Of a DNA stretch of 55,284 nucleotides, positions 29,308 to 38,584 are shown in pieces. The translations under genes and the position numbers were made by a program. The stretch comes from Oscillospiraceae bacterium (GTDB lineage: Bacteria; Bacillota; Clostridia; Oscillospirales; Acutalibacteraceae): the NCBI GenBank assembly GCA_902766755.1, contig CACXEV010000089.1:1-55284 (forward strand), in the 5' to 3' direction. The stretch's first letter is position 1, and each line of letters opens with the position of its first letter. Under the pieces are notes generated by a model, which was not told where the DNA came from, searched no databases, and worked only from the letters and a program-made list of their open reading frames with translations.

Positions 29308-30846
29308 ATGAAACAGAGTGTTAAGAATAAACGCGGTATACCGATACCAACGAGAATCGTTGTTTCTGCGCTTGTTCTGCTCTTACAGTTTGTTATTCTT
29401 TTTGTAATGCTGCGTACGCTGTCGGATCGCTCTGTATTTATATATACCGTTTCCGAAGTTCTTGCCATTATTACGGTGGTATATATTGTAAGTCGCCGCG
29501 GTAATCCCAGTTATAAAATGGCATGGATCGTGTTTATACTGATAGTGCCTGTCTTTGGCATAACCGTGTTTATGTTTTTCGGCGGCAGTCGTGTTATGCC
29601 TCATTTAAAGAAAAAAATGCGTAACTGTGAATCTCATAATATGCCATATCTGAAATGTGATGAAGAGGCGCACAATTCTTTAAAATATGATGATTATTCG
29701 CATTCCCGCCAGGCAGAATATTTATCCCGTGAATCGGGTTATCCGCTTTATAAAAACACTTCGGTTGAATATCTTTCGCCCGGTGAGGTGTTTTTACCTC
29801 GATTTCTTGAGGAGCTTGAGAGCGCTCATAAATATATTTTTCTTGAGTTCTTTATTGTTGCCGAAGGGGAAATGTTTGATTCTATTTACAAAATTCTTTG
29901 CCGCAAGGCGGCACAGGGGCTTGATGTAAGACTGCTTTTTGATGATTTCGGTTCTATAAAAAGGCAAAGGAAAGGGTTTATCGAGCGCCTTCGCAGAAAT
30001 GGTATAAAGGTTGCGGTTTTTAATCAGATAAGACCGTCTTTTAATATTTTCATGAACAACCGTAATCACCGTAAAATTGCGGTTATTGACGGTGCCGTAG
30101 CGGTCACCGGCGGTATCAATCTTGCGGATGAGTATATAAACGCCGAAAAGCGCTTCGGCTATTGGATGGACTGCGCCGTGATATTAAAGGGTGAAGCGGT
30201 ATCAAGCTTTGCTGTTATGTTCTGTAATATGTGGGAGTTCACAACGGGACACAGACTTGAAACGAGAAACTATATTGCCGACTATTCCGTTAAATCCGGC
30301 GGATATGTATTGCCGTATTGCAGTGATCCTTTAACGGATAAAAATATTGCGGCAGGAATTTATATGCAAATTCTTAATTCAGCTCAAAGATATGTGTATA
30401 TTGTTTCCCCCTATCTGATAATTGATAATACTATGCTTGAAGCTCTTAAAATGGCGGCTCGCGCAGGTATAGATATTCGCATAATAACACCGCATATCCC
30501 CGATAAATGGTATGTTCATCCGGTAACGCAGTATAGCTACACGGAGCTTTTAGAGGCTGGGGTGAGAATATTTGAGTTTTCTCCCGGATTTATTCATTCT
30601 AAAATCTTTGTGTCTGATGATAGTGTGGCTACAGTAGGTACAGTCAATATGGACTATCGCTCTTTTTCTCTGCATTTTGAATGCGGTGTGTGGTTTTCAT
30701 CAAATAAAGCTGTAGGGGACATTAAAAACCATTTTGAGGAAATCGAAACAATGTCCCGGGAAATCAAGCTTTCAAGGTGGCGTAAAACACCTTGGCCTGT
30801 CAGACTCAAAAGGGCAATTCTTCATCTTTTTGCGCCCTTTATGTAA
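29308..30846 (+). CDS. cls: cardiolipin synthase
   Basis: 512 aa with two N-terminal TM helices and two PLD HKD motifs ('HRKIAVIDG', 'HSKIFVSDD'). Confidence 0.93.
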   Translation: MKQSVKNKRGIPIPTRIVVSALVLLLQFVILFVMLRTLSDRSVFIYTVSEVLAIITVVYIVSRRGNPSYKMAWIVFILIVPVFGITVFMFFGGSRVMPHLKKKMRNCESHNMPYLKCDEEAHNSLKYDDYSHSRQAEYLSRESGYPLYKNTSVEYLSPGEVFLPRFLEELESAHKYIFLEFFIVAEGEMFDSIYKILCRKAAQGLDVRLLFDDFGSIKRQRKGFIERLRRNGIKVAVFNQIRPSFNIFMNNRNHRKIAVIDGAVAVTGGINLADEYINAEKRFGYWMDCAVILKGEAVSSFAVMFCNMWEFTTGHRLETRNYIADYSVKSGGYVLPYCSDPLTDKNIAAGIYMQILNSAQRYVYIVSPYLIIDNTMLEALKMAARAGIDIRIITPHIPDKWYVHPVTQYSYTELLEAGVRIFEFSPGFIHSKIFVSDDSVATVGTVNMDYRSFSLHFECGVWFSSNKAVGDIKNHFEEIETMSREIKLSRWRKTPWPVRLKRAILHLFAPFM

Positions 30847-30866
30847 TAAAAACGGAGGTATTTTTT

Positions 30867-31016
30867 ATGAAAGGCTTTTTAAAATTTTTAGGTACATTAG
30901 CGGCAATATTCACGGCTGTCATAGGCGCTCTTACGATTTTTGACAGAATTTCAAACCGTAATGAAATCAAAAATCAGTATCTCGATTGCAGTAACAATTC
31001 ACCCGAAGATAAATAA
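30867..31016 (+). CDS. small (49 aa) single-TM protein
   Basis: The ATG at 30867 follows GGAGG by 8 nt and lies 20 nt after the cls stop. Sequence: 'MKGFLKFLGTLAAIFTAVIGALTIF...'. Confidence 0.55.
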   Translation: MKGFLKFLGTLAAIFTAVIGALTIFDRISNRNEIKNQYLDCSNNSPEDK

Positions 31017-31019
31017 TTC

Positions 31020-31048
31020 TTGACTATTTTGTAATTAATTGTTATAAT
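31020..31048 (+). promoter_or_regulatory. rpsF operon promoter (TTGACT-17-TATAAT)
   Basis: Hexamers sit at 31020-31025 and 31043-31048. Confidence 0.75.
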
Positions 31049-31073
31049 AATTTCTGCTATATTTTAGCTCCTT

Positions 31074-31094
31074 GCCGCGCAGCAGAGGCGCGGC
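31074..31094 (+). promoter_or_regulatory. 5'-UTR hairpin, candidate S6:S18 autoregulatory leader
   Basis: GCCGCGC-AGCAGAG-GCGCGGC lies between the promoter and the rpsF RBS. rpsF leaders of this type are described in Firmicutes. Confidence 0.45.
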
Positions 31095-31122
31095 CAATAG
31101 ACCATAAGGAGGTGCAACGTAA

Positions 31123-31404
31123 ATGACCAGTAAGTATGAAGCGGCACTCGTTTTTTCCGTAGCCGGCGGCGATGATTCGATCGCGGCGCTCAATACGAAG
31201 TTTAACGAGCTTATCGCAAAACACGGTACAGTGGAGAGCGTTGACGATTGGGGCAAGAGAAGACTTGCTTACCTTATCAACGATGAAGCTGAAGGCTATT
31301 ATACTTTCATAACATTTGAGAGTGAGCCTGATTTTCCGGCTGAGCTTGAGAGAATTGCCGGCATTACCGAAGGCGTACTTCGCGTAATGGTAATTAAGAA
31401 GTAA
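31123..31404 (+). CDS. rpsF: 30S ribosomal protein S6
   Basis: 93 aa containing 'WGKRRLAY' and 'EGYYTFITFE'. Confidence 0.96.
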   Translation: MTSKYEAALVFSVAGGDDSIAALNTKFNELIAKHGTVESVDDWGKRRLAYLINDEAEGYYTFITFESEPDFPAELERIAGITEGVLRVMVIKK

Positions 31405-31417
31405 TGGAGGATTAAGG

Positions 31418-31849
31418 ATGTTTAATTTAGTAGTTTTAACCGGTAGGCTCACCGCCGATCCGGAACTTAAGACGACGAATACCGGCATATCGGTAACTTC
31501 GTTTTCCATTGCTGTAAACCGCCGCTACCGTGCAGGCGAAGAAACGCAGACCGATTTTATCAACATTGTTGCATGGCGTCAGACTGCGGAATTTATTACA
31601 AAATATTTCAAAAAGGGTAATATGATCGGCATTGAAGGTTCTATTCAGACCCGTAAGTATGTTGATAAAAACGGCAATAACCGCACGGTATTTGAGGTTG
31701 TAGCCAGCAATGCCCAGTTTGTTGAATCTAAAAAGGATAGTGCTCCGTCCGCCGGTAGCGTGGCAGAAGAGCCTGCTTCGTTCAGCAATGCTGACAGCAG
31801 CGATTTTACTGAGATTGATTCCGGTATGGACGATGACCTTCCGTTCTGA
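31418..31849 (+). CDS. ssb: single-stranded DNA-binding protein
   Basis: 143 aa with an OB fold ('[18 protein letters not shown]') and the acidic tail 'DDDLPF'. Confidence 0.96.
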   Translation: MFNLVVLTGRLTADPELKTTNTGISVTSFSIAVNRRYRAGEETQTDFINIVAWRQTAEFITKYFKKGNMIGIEGSIQTRKYVDKNGNNRTVFEVVASNAQFVESKKDSAPSAGSVAEEPASFSNADSSDFTEIDSGMDDDLPF

Positions 31850-31866
31850 TGATTGGAGGTTTTATA

Positions 31867-32106
31867 ATGGAAAAAACAGATAGACCGCTTCACAGAAAGG
31901 CAAGAAAAAAAGTTTGCCATTTCTGTGTTGATCGTGTAGAAGAGATCGATTATAAGGATATAGCAAAGCTTCGTAAGTTTGTTTCTGAGCGCGCAAAGAT
32001 TTTACCGCGCAGAGCAACAGGCACATGCGCTAAGCATCAGCGTGCGCTTACAACTGCTATTAAGCGCGCCCGTCAGGTAGCTCTCCTTCCTTATACAAAC
32101 GATTGA
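31867..32106 (+). CDS. rpsR: 30S ribosomal protein S18
   Basis: 'KVCHFC...IDYKD...[25 protein letters not shown]'. The ATG at 31867 follows GGAGG. The ORF track begins at 31849. Confidence 0.94.
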   Translation: MEKTDRPLHRKARKKVCHFCVDRVEEIDYKDIAKLRKFVSERAKILPRRATGTCAKHQRALTTAIKRARQVALLPYTND

Positions 32107-32116
32107 TAAAAATTTT

Positions 32117-32147
32117 ATCCGCAGGCAAAAGCCTGCGGATTTTTTTA
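32117..32147 (+). terminator. intrinsic terminator of the rpsF-ssb-rpsR operon
   Basis: ATCCGCAGGC-AAAA-GCCTGCGGAT is followed by T7. Confidence 0.9.
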
Positions 32148-32298
32148 ATTCTTATCATAATACTTGTGCGGCGTGATTAATCCGCCGTTTTAATTTTGCA
32201 AACAAAAAGTTTTATGTAAACCTAATATGAATTGCACAAAGCAGTCTAACCCCGATAAATACTTCATTTATAGGCACAACAAAGCGGCGGCATTGCTT

Positions 32299-32332
32299 CT
32301 CGTCAACTTATAATCTTTTATAAGTTGACGAG
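32299..32332. repeat. perfect 15-bp inverted repeat with a 4-nt loop (CTCGTCAACTTATAA tctt TTATAAGTTGACGAG)
   Basis: Read directly. There is no U-tract on either strand. Confidence 0.8.
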
Positions 32333-32392
32333 ATATAATGAAATATTCAGATAAGCGATTTCGGTGCGACAAAGGTATTTGGTGCCTGCTTC

Positions 32393-32418
32393 GGTCAGTC
32401 GGGGACGCCTGACCCTAC
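32393..32418 (-). repeat. REP-like element: GTAG + imperfect palindrome (minus strand GTAGGGTCAGGCGTCCCCGACTGACC)
   Basis: Read directly. It has the same architecture as the copies at 32458-32483 and 38482-38505. Confidence 0.55.
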
Positions 32419-32457
32419 GAAACAGGCAACAGACCACAGATATCAGATGCCAGACAC

Positions 32458-32483
32458 GGTGCGATGAGGGCATCGCACCCTAC
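32458..32483 (-). repeat. REP-like element: GTAG + palindrome (minus strand GTAGGGTGCGATGCCCTCATCGCACC)
   Basis: A 9-bp perfect stem (GGTGCGATG / CATCGCACC) is immediately flanked by CTAC on the plus strand. Confidence 0.55.
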
Positions 32484-32557
32484 AAATTGCCAATAAAGCT
32501 ATATTTACCACCAGTTTTATATTTCGTGCCGAAAGGCACAACTACCGTCCGACTTTA

Positions 32558-35158
32558 TTATTCCGTTCTCAGTGCTATTACCGGGTCTTTTTTAGCTGCC
32601 AGACGGGAGGGGATAAGACCTGCAATAAAGGTAAGAAGCATACTTATTACCACCAGTATTATACCGCCGGAGGTCGGCAATACCGCAAGTCCTGCAATAT
32701 CAGTAATAGCGGCTATAATGGCGTTTATGGGTATCAGTAATAGCAGTGTAACCCCTATGCCGATAGCGCCTGCAAAAAGACCAATAATAATCGTTTCCGC
32801 GTTAAACACATTTGATACATCGCGTTTGGAAGCACCCATTGCGCGCAATATGCCTATTTCCTTTGTGCGCTCGAGTACCGAAATATAGGTGATTATTCCT
32901 ATCATAATAGAGGATACCACAAGCGAAATGCTTACAAATGCTATCAGTATATAGCTTATGGCGTTTATAATCGTTGTAACGGAGGAAAGCATCAAGCCTA
33001 TATAATCGGTATAGGTTATGCGGTCTTTTTCCTTTACGCCTTTATTATAATCGTCTATTATATCAGATATATTTTCTTTAGAATTAAAATCCTTTGGATA
33101 AATGCTTATCCTGCTCGGGTCGTTTATATCCGAAACGCCGAGCTTTTCTAAGTTGCCCTCATAAGTTGCGTTGCTGGTACCGGCTTTAAGATATGTTTCA
33201 AACTTTGAAACTATCTGCTTTTCATTCAACCCTTCTGCCTGCATAGATGCAATATAGCCGTTAAACTGAGCCTGAGCTTCACCCGGCAGAGTTGCTATAT
33301 AAGCTTTAAGGTCATCCATAGTATATTCCTTATCGGTAGCAAACGGGAAACCGGTAAACACATCAGTTTCCGGGTTTTCTTTCTGCTTTGATACTATTTC
33401 CGCCTTGTTTACTTCGTCTATAAGCTCGGTCATAAGAGAGCTTAAATAACCTACGCTTCCGCTTGACGATGTGTTTGAAGCCGAATCGCTTTGCGCTTTT
33501 AAGATGCCTACCACCTTCAGCTCGCGGGAATTATCAAGCGCGGTTTGGATATAAAGGTCGTCTTCGCTCATATCGTCATAATTGCCTAACTCGTTCTGCT
33601 TAAAATAATCGGTGTTAAGAAGTAATTTAAAGCGTAGCTTCAGAATTTCATCGAATGTGTACGATGTTTCCTTTGTTTTTTCAAGCTTTTCTCCCGCCTG
33701 TGCTTTTTTAATCATTTCTTTCAGTTCTTCGGCATCTTTAAGACCTAAACAGTAAAGGGTGTAATCGCTTATCTGATTGTTTTTATCTACTATTACGACT
33801 ACTTCGTCAGAGCTTTGCGGCATTTTACCGGCTAAAACCTCATATTGTTTTTCGAGAAGTTCTTTATTATCAAGCAGCTCCTGCCATACATCGGAATTGT
33901 TAAATCCTGAATTTGCCACATAAGGGTTATTTCCCCTTGTAAAACCAAGATCCTCAAATACATTGCTCGGATTTACCTTATAGCCTTCGGGGGTATAGAT
34001 ATTTAATGTGGTTTTAAAAGAATACTTAATATCCGAACTGTATTCTTTTATTTTGCTTTTGTCTTTATCAATATACTCTTTAAATAATTTAAGGTTATTT
34101 TCGCTTGAACCGTTTATCATCGAGGTCATCATATCGGTCATAATATTATTCGAATATATGCGGTTTTGGTCGCGGTCTTCTTTTGGATTATTTGAATCCA
34201 TAAGCTCGGAAATAATATCACCGATATTTGTTCCGCTTTGCTCTATCATAATAGGATAACTCGATAAAGTATCCTCTTCAACCCGGTTAATATACGCGTT
34301 TACACCGTTTGAAAGGGAGAGTATCAGCGCGATACCTATAATACCTATTGAGCCTGCGAAGGCTGTTAAAATTGTTCTCGCCTTTTTTGTAAGAAGATTG
34401 TTAAGCGAAAGGGAAAAGGCAGTCAGCCATGACATTGAGGGCTTTTTAGTCTTTTTAACCTGCTGTTCTTCGTAAACCGGCTCGAAGGGATTTGTATCAC
34501 CGGTAATTTTTCCGTCTAAAAGATTTACTATCCGCGTAGAATACTTTTCTGCAAGCTCAGGATTGTGAGTTACCATAATAACAAGGCGGTCTTTGGCAAT
34601 CTCTTTGAGCAAATCCATTATCTGAACGCTGGTTTCACTGTCAAGCGCGCCGGTAGGTTCATCTGCAAGCAGTACTTTGGGATTATTAACAAGCGCCCGG
34701 GCAATCGCTACACGCTGCATTTGACCACCGGACATCTGGTTAGGCTTCTTGTTAATCTGATCACCAAGGCCTACACTCTCTAAAGCTTCCGCGGCGCGTT
34801 TTCTGCGCTCCGCACGACCTACGCCCGAAAGCGTAAGAGCGAGTTCAACATTTTTAAGCACACTTTGGTGAGGTATAAGATTATAATTCTGAAATACGAA
34901 ACCTATAGTGTGATTTCTGTAGGTATCCCAATCTCTGTCCCGGTATTTTTTGGTAGAAACTCCGGAAATTATCAAATCTCCGCTTTCGTATCTGTCCAGC
35001 CCACCGATAATGTTAAGCATAGTGGTTTTTCCGCAACCGGACGGACCTAAAACGGATACAAATTCATTGTCCCTGAAAGCGATACTTACGCCGTCCAGCG
35101 CAGTTACAACCGAGTCACCGGCTCTGTAAATTTTAGTAATGTTTTTTAGCTCAAGCAT
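32558..35158 (-). CDS. fused ABC transporter ATP-binding protein / FtsX-family permease (MacB-like)
   Basis: 866 aa. Walker A 'GPSGCGKTT', signature 'MSGGQMQR', Walker B 'LLADEPT'. These are followed by a TM helix, a roughly 450-aa extracytoplasmic domain and a C-terminal FtsX 3-TM bundle. Confidence 0.92.
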   Translation of the reverse strand: MLELKNITKIYRAGDSVVTALDGVSIAFRDNEFVSVLGPSGCGKTTMLNIIGGLDRYESGDLIISGVSTKKYRDRDWDTYRNHTIGFVFQNYNLIPHQSVLKNVELALTLSGVGRAERRKRAAEALESVGLGDQINKKPNQMSGGQMQRVAIARALVNNPKVLLADEPTGALDSETSVQIMDLLKEIAKDRLVIMVTHNPELAEKYSTRIVNLLDGKITGDTNPFEPVYEEQQVKKTKKPSMSWLTAFSLSLNNLLTKKARTILTAFAGSIGIIGIALILSLSNGVNAYINRVEEDTLSSYPIMIEQSGTNIGDIISELMDSNNPKEDRDQNRIYSNNIMTDMMTSMINGSSENNLKLFKEYIDKDKSKIKEYSSDIKYSFKTTLNIYTPEGYKVNPSNVFEDLGFTRGNNPYVANSGFNNSDVWQELLDNKELLEKQYEVLAGKMPQSSDEVVVIVDKNNQISDYTLYCLGLKDAEELKEMIKKAQAGEKLEKTKETSYTFDEILKLRFKLLLNTDYFKQNELGNYDDMSEDDLYIQTALDNSRELKVVGILKAQSDSASNTSSSGSVGYLSSLMTELIDEVNKAEIVSKQKENPETDVFTGFPFATDKEYTMDDLKAYIATLPGEAQAQFNGYIASMQAEGLNEKQIVSKFETYLKAGTSNATYEGNLEKLGVSDINDPSRISIYPKDFNSKENISDIIDDYNKGVKEKDRITYTDYIGLMLSSVTTIINAISYILIAFVSISLVVSSIMIGIITYISVLERTKEIGILRAMGASKRDVSNVFNAETIIIGLFAGAIGIGVTLLLLIPINAIIAAITDIAGLAVLPTSGGIILVVISMLLTFIAGLIPSRLAAKKDPVIALRTE

Positions 35159-35291
35159 ACGATCTCTCCAATATAAGATTTGTAGTAATTATAATAGCAA
35201 AATATAACAAAATTGTGAATTAAATAAAAACAATTGCCAAAGAATGAAAAAGGTGATATAATATTATAGTTAAAGATATAGGGAAAGGGGA

Positions 35292-37523
35292 GTGGAGCAT
35301 TTGGAAAAACCGTTTAAATGGCTATGCCTTTTTATGTCGGTCGTGATTCTTGCGTCTGCGGTGCTTCTCACCTCTACTATTAAAGATTTTTTTAGTACAA
35401 TTGATAGTATTGTGGGCGGTAACGAGGTTGTAACTGATATTAAGAATTATCAGCTTAATATGACCTCTGTGGTCTATTTCCAGAACGATATGGGTGCCTG
35501 GGAGGAATACTACCGGCTTCATGGGGACGAAAACCGTATATGGGTGGATATTGAAAACATCCCTCAAAATCTTATTGATGCGTTTATTGCTATTGAGGAT
35601 CAACGCTTTTATGAGCATGGCGGAGTCGATTGGAAGCGCACATTTTCCGCTTTTTTGAACTATCTGCCTTTTGTAAATCTTTACAGCTCAAATCAGGGCG
35701 GCTCCACCATAACTCAACAGCTAATCAAAAATATCACCAACGATAAAGATCAGAGCATAAAGCGCAAATTCAGAGAAATAATGCGTGCTCAGTATGTTGA
35801 AAAAAAGCTCACAAAAAAGGAAATACTTGAGGCGTATCTTAATACTATTTCGCTCGGAAGCGGTATATGCGGTGTTCAGGTTGCGGCAAACTATTATTTT
35901 AATAAGGATGTCGCGCAGTTGTCTTTGGTAGAGTGTGCTGCCCTCGCGGCAATAACTAAAAACCCCTCAAAGTATAATCCTGATAAAAAACCGGAAAAAA
36001 ATCGCGATAGGCGAAAAGCTGTGCTTGATAAAATGCTTGACCTCGGTATGGTAAACGCCAAGGAATACGGTAAGGCTGTTGAAAGCGAGGTTATTGTAAA
36101 TAAGGATCAGCAGAGCAATTTTGAGTTGCCGATAAATAACTATTATGTTGATGCGCTTATAAGCGATGTGGCGACTGATTTGGCTGAAGTAAAGGGTATA
36201 TCGGTTGAGTCTGCCTCAAAGTTATTGTATAACGGAGGGTACAGAGTTTATTCAACAATTAATCCCGGTATGCAGGAAAAAACCGAAGAAGTTTATATAA
36301 ATGTTGATAAATACTTCCCGATTAAATCCCGAAAAGATAAGGAAACTGGTGTTCAGTCGGCAATTACTATTGTTGATTACGAAGGTAATATCAAGGCAAT
36401 AGTAGGCGGCGTAGGCGAAAAGACGGTTAATCGCGGTCTTAACCGTGCTTGGGAATCTCCCCGTCAACCCGGGTCTACTATGAAGCCGCTCGGTGTTTAT
36501 GCACTTGCCATTGATCGCGGTCTTATATCATATTCAAGCGTTGTAGAGGATAAAGCGGTTAAAAACTACTATGGCAACGGAAAATGGGGACCGCGCGAGT
36601 GGTACGGTTATTATGAGGGGAGAATAACGGTAAGGCGCGCTATTGCTCATTCTGCCAATACTATACCGGTTCAGCTTATAGGACAAATAGGGTTAGAAGA
36701 TTCATATTCGTTTTTAAAGTATGATTTAAACCTATCTTATCTTACCGATGTTGATATAAACCCGGCGTCGCTGGCGATAGGAGGTTGTCAGTACGGTATC
36801 ACTACCACACAGTCTGCCGCGGCATATGCTGTTTTCGGTAATCACGGTATTTATAATAAACCTAAAACCTATTACAAGGTTGTGGATGCAAACGGTGGTA
36901 TTGTTCTTTCAAGAGAAGACGGAAGACGGGTTTTGAAGCCTGAAGCCGCAGATATTATGAATAAACTGCTTCAAGGCGTGGTTTACGATGAGGGCGGTAC
37001 GGGCAGGTCCATTGCCGGATACAGCAGTATGAAGGCATATGCAAAGACAGGTACCTCCTCAGAGGCTAACGATTCCTGGGTAGTTGGTGCTACGCCATAT
37101 TATGTTGCAAGTGTTTGGTGCGGATTTGATCAACCTGAGAATATGCGTAATACGTCCCTCGCCGCAACGGTTTGGCGCACAATTATGTCGGGCATTCATA
37201 AGGATCTCCCCAAAAAAGATTTTGAGATGAGCGATAGTATTATAAAAGCGAGATTTTGCACTAATACCGGGCTTAAAGCCAGTTCAAACTGTGCCTCAAC
37301 AGAAATTGGTTATTGTATACCGGGTGTTACTTATAAGTATTGTAACGGTATTCATTTTTATGATGTGGATGATGAGGAGGCGAGCGGCGCTGCCGGTGTA
37401 TCTTCATCTCATTCTTCCGAGCAGTCGAGCAGCTCGCAAGGCACTACGATTTCGGATACTGCACCTATAAGCCCAAATGAACCCGCGACGAGCTCGTCTA
37501 CTCAGTCTCAAACTACCGAGTGA
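35292..37523 (+). CDS. class A penicillin-binding protein (glycosyltransferase + transpeptidase)
   Basis: GT51 motif 'EDQRFYEHGGVD'. Transpeptidase motifs 'STMKP', 'SAN' and 'KTGTS'. Ser-rich C-terminal tail. The start may be TTG 35301 rather than GTG 35292. Confidence 0.93.
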   Translation: MEHLEKPFKWLCLFMSVVILASAVLLTSTIKDFFSTIDSIVGGNEVVTDIKNYQLNMTSVVYFQNDMGAWEEYYRLHGDENRIWVDIENIPQNLIDAFIAIEDQRFYEHGGVDWKRTFSAFLNYLPFVNLYSSNQGGSTITQQLIKNITNDKDQSIKRKFREIMRAQYVEKKLTKKEILEAYLNTISLGSGICGVQVAANYYFNKDVAQLSLVECAALAAITKNPSKYNPDKKPEKNRDRRKAVLDKMLDLGMVNAKEYGKAVESEVIVNKDQQSNFELPINNYYVDALISDVATDLAEVKGISVESASKLLYNGGYRVYSTINPGMQEKTEEVYINVDKYFPIKSRKDKETGVQSAITIVDYEGNIKAIVGGVGEKTVNRGLNRAWESPRQPGSTMKPLGVYALAIDRGLISYSSVVEDKAVKNYYGNGKWGPREWYGYYEGRITVRRAIAHSANTIPVQLIGQIGLEDSYSFLKYDLNLSYLTDVDINPASLAIGGCQYGITTTQSAAAYAVFGNHGIYNKPKTYYKVVDANGGIVLSREDGRRVLKPEAADIMNKLLQGVVYDEGGTGRSIAGYSSMKAYAKTGTSSEANDSWVVGATPYYVASVWCGFDQPENMRNTSLAATVWRTIMSGIHKDLPKKDFEMSDSIIKARFCTNTGLKASSNCASTEIGYCIPGVTYKYCNGIHFYDVDDEEASGAAGVSSSHSSEQSSSSQGTTISDTAPISPNEPATSSSTQSQTTE

Positions 37524-37563
37524 TGATTTATAAGGCGATGTTTAAATTAAGCGGGCGTTATAA

Positions 37564-38367
37564 ATGATGAATAAGTTTTCTTTAAAAGACAATTGTGTTT
37601 GTAATGACGAAAAACCTCTTCAAAATTTAGTTGAGGGCTATAGCTTTACTTCAATTTTCAGAACAATCGCATTTATCGGCGATAGCCTTTCTTCAGGTGA
37701 ATTTGAGGTAAGACACAGCGATGGCTCATCTACATATCACGATATGTATGAATACTCGTGGGGTCAGTTTATCGCGCGTAAAAACGGAATTAAAGCATAT
37801 AATTTCTCTCGCGGCGGAATGACGGCTAAATGGTATATGGAGAGCTTTGCTCAGGAAGAGGGCTTTTTTAGTAAGGAATTAGCCTGCCAGGCTTATGTAA
37901 TAGCCTTGGCTGAAAATGACCTTGTGTGTCAAAACATGGAACTTGGTAGTATCAATGATATTAATCCGGATGATTATTATAAAAACAAGAAAACTTTTGC
38001 CGGATATTATGCTCAGATAATAAGTAGGTATAAAGAAATCAGCCCGGATGCTAAGTTTTTTTTGGTTTCACTTCCAAATGTTATGAGGAGTGACGGTTTC
38101 AGGGAAAAAGCTGAAGGGATGTTATCTCTTTTAAAAGATTTTGAAGGGCACTTTGATAATACTTATGTTATTGACCTTTATAATCACGGTATTTGCTATG
38201 ATGATGTATTCAGAAAAACATATTATTATAACGGGCACCTGAATCCTATGGGATATGTTTATACAGCTAAAATCATCGATTCATATATTGATTATATCAT
38301 AAGGCATAATCCCGATGATTTCAAAGAAGTAGGATTTATAAATTCGGGTATTGAATATAAAAAGTAA
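37564..38367 (+). CDS. SGNH/GDSL-family hydrolase
   Basis: 267 aa with block I 'FIGDSLSSGE' and C-terminal 'GHLNPMGY'. Confidence 0.85.
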   Translation: MMNKFSLKDNCVCNDEKPLQNLVEGYSFTSIFRTIAFIGDSLSSGEFEVRHSDGSSTYHDMYEYSWGQFIARKNGIKAYNFSRGGMTAKWYMESFAQEEGFFSKELACQAYVIALAENDLVCQNMELGSINDINPDDYYKNKKTFAGYYAQIISRYKEISPDAKFFLVSLPNVMRSDGFREKAEGMLSLLKDFEGHFDNTYVIDLYNHGICYDDVFRKTYYYNGHLNPMGYVYTAKIIDSYIDYIIRHNPDDFKEVGFINSGIEYKK

Positions 38368-38417
38368 ATATAAAATGTCTTTTGTCTGTCGGGCAGAAGG
38401 CATTTTAAATTTGTCAT

Positions 38418-38476
38418 ATACAACTAAAAAACGGAGCCTGACAGAAGTCAAACTCCGTTTTTGGCGCGCTGAAAGG
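38418..38476. repeat. 59-bp direct repeat, copy 1 (terminator hairpin plus the last 15 nt of tRNA-Arg)
   Basis: Identical to 38585-38643. It contains the hairpin AAAAAACGGAG...CTCCGTTTTT at 38426-38462. Confidence 0.9.
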
Positions 38477-38481
38477 TCTCG

Positions 38482-38505
38482 CTACGGCGCGACTGTCGCG
38501 CCTAC
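38482..38505 (-). repeat. REP-like element (CTAC-GGCGCG-actgt-CGCGCC-TAC) inside the 108-bp segment between the direct repeats
   Basis: Read directly. The minus strand begins with GTAG followed by a palindrome. Confidence 0.5.
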
Positions 38506-38519
38506 ACGCCCACGGGCTT

Positions 38520-38550
38520 GCCAACCGTTCACTGAAAGGTTGGCATTTTT
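38520..38550 (+). terminator. intrinsic terminator-like hairpin (GCCAACC-N11-GGTTGGC + ATTTTT)
   Basis: Read directly. It lies within the 108-bp inter-repeat segment. Confidence 0.6.
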
Positions 38551-38584
38551 CCTATGGAAAAACCGCCCTTTTCGAGTCCCTTTC

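Noticed and set aside
32227-32313. 28-codon ORF (MNCTKQSNPDKYFIYRHNKAAALLLVNL) ending in the 15-bp palindrome
   Set aside because: It has no Shine-Dalgarno sequence and lies in an AT-rich spacer where an ORF of this length is expected by chance.
32364-32888. 174-aa plus-strand ORF
   Set aside because: Its C-terminal two thirds run antisense to the well-supported FtsX permease domain. Its N-terminus is read across the REP-like hairpins. There is no RBS and the composition is Arg/Pro/Thr-rich, which is typical of a spurious frame.
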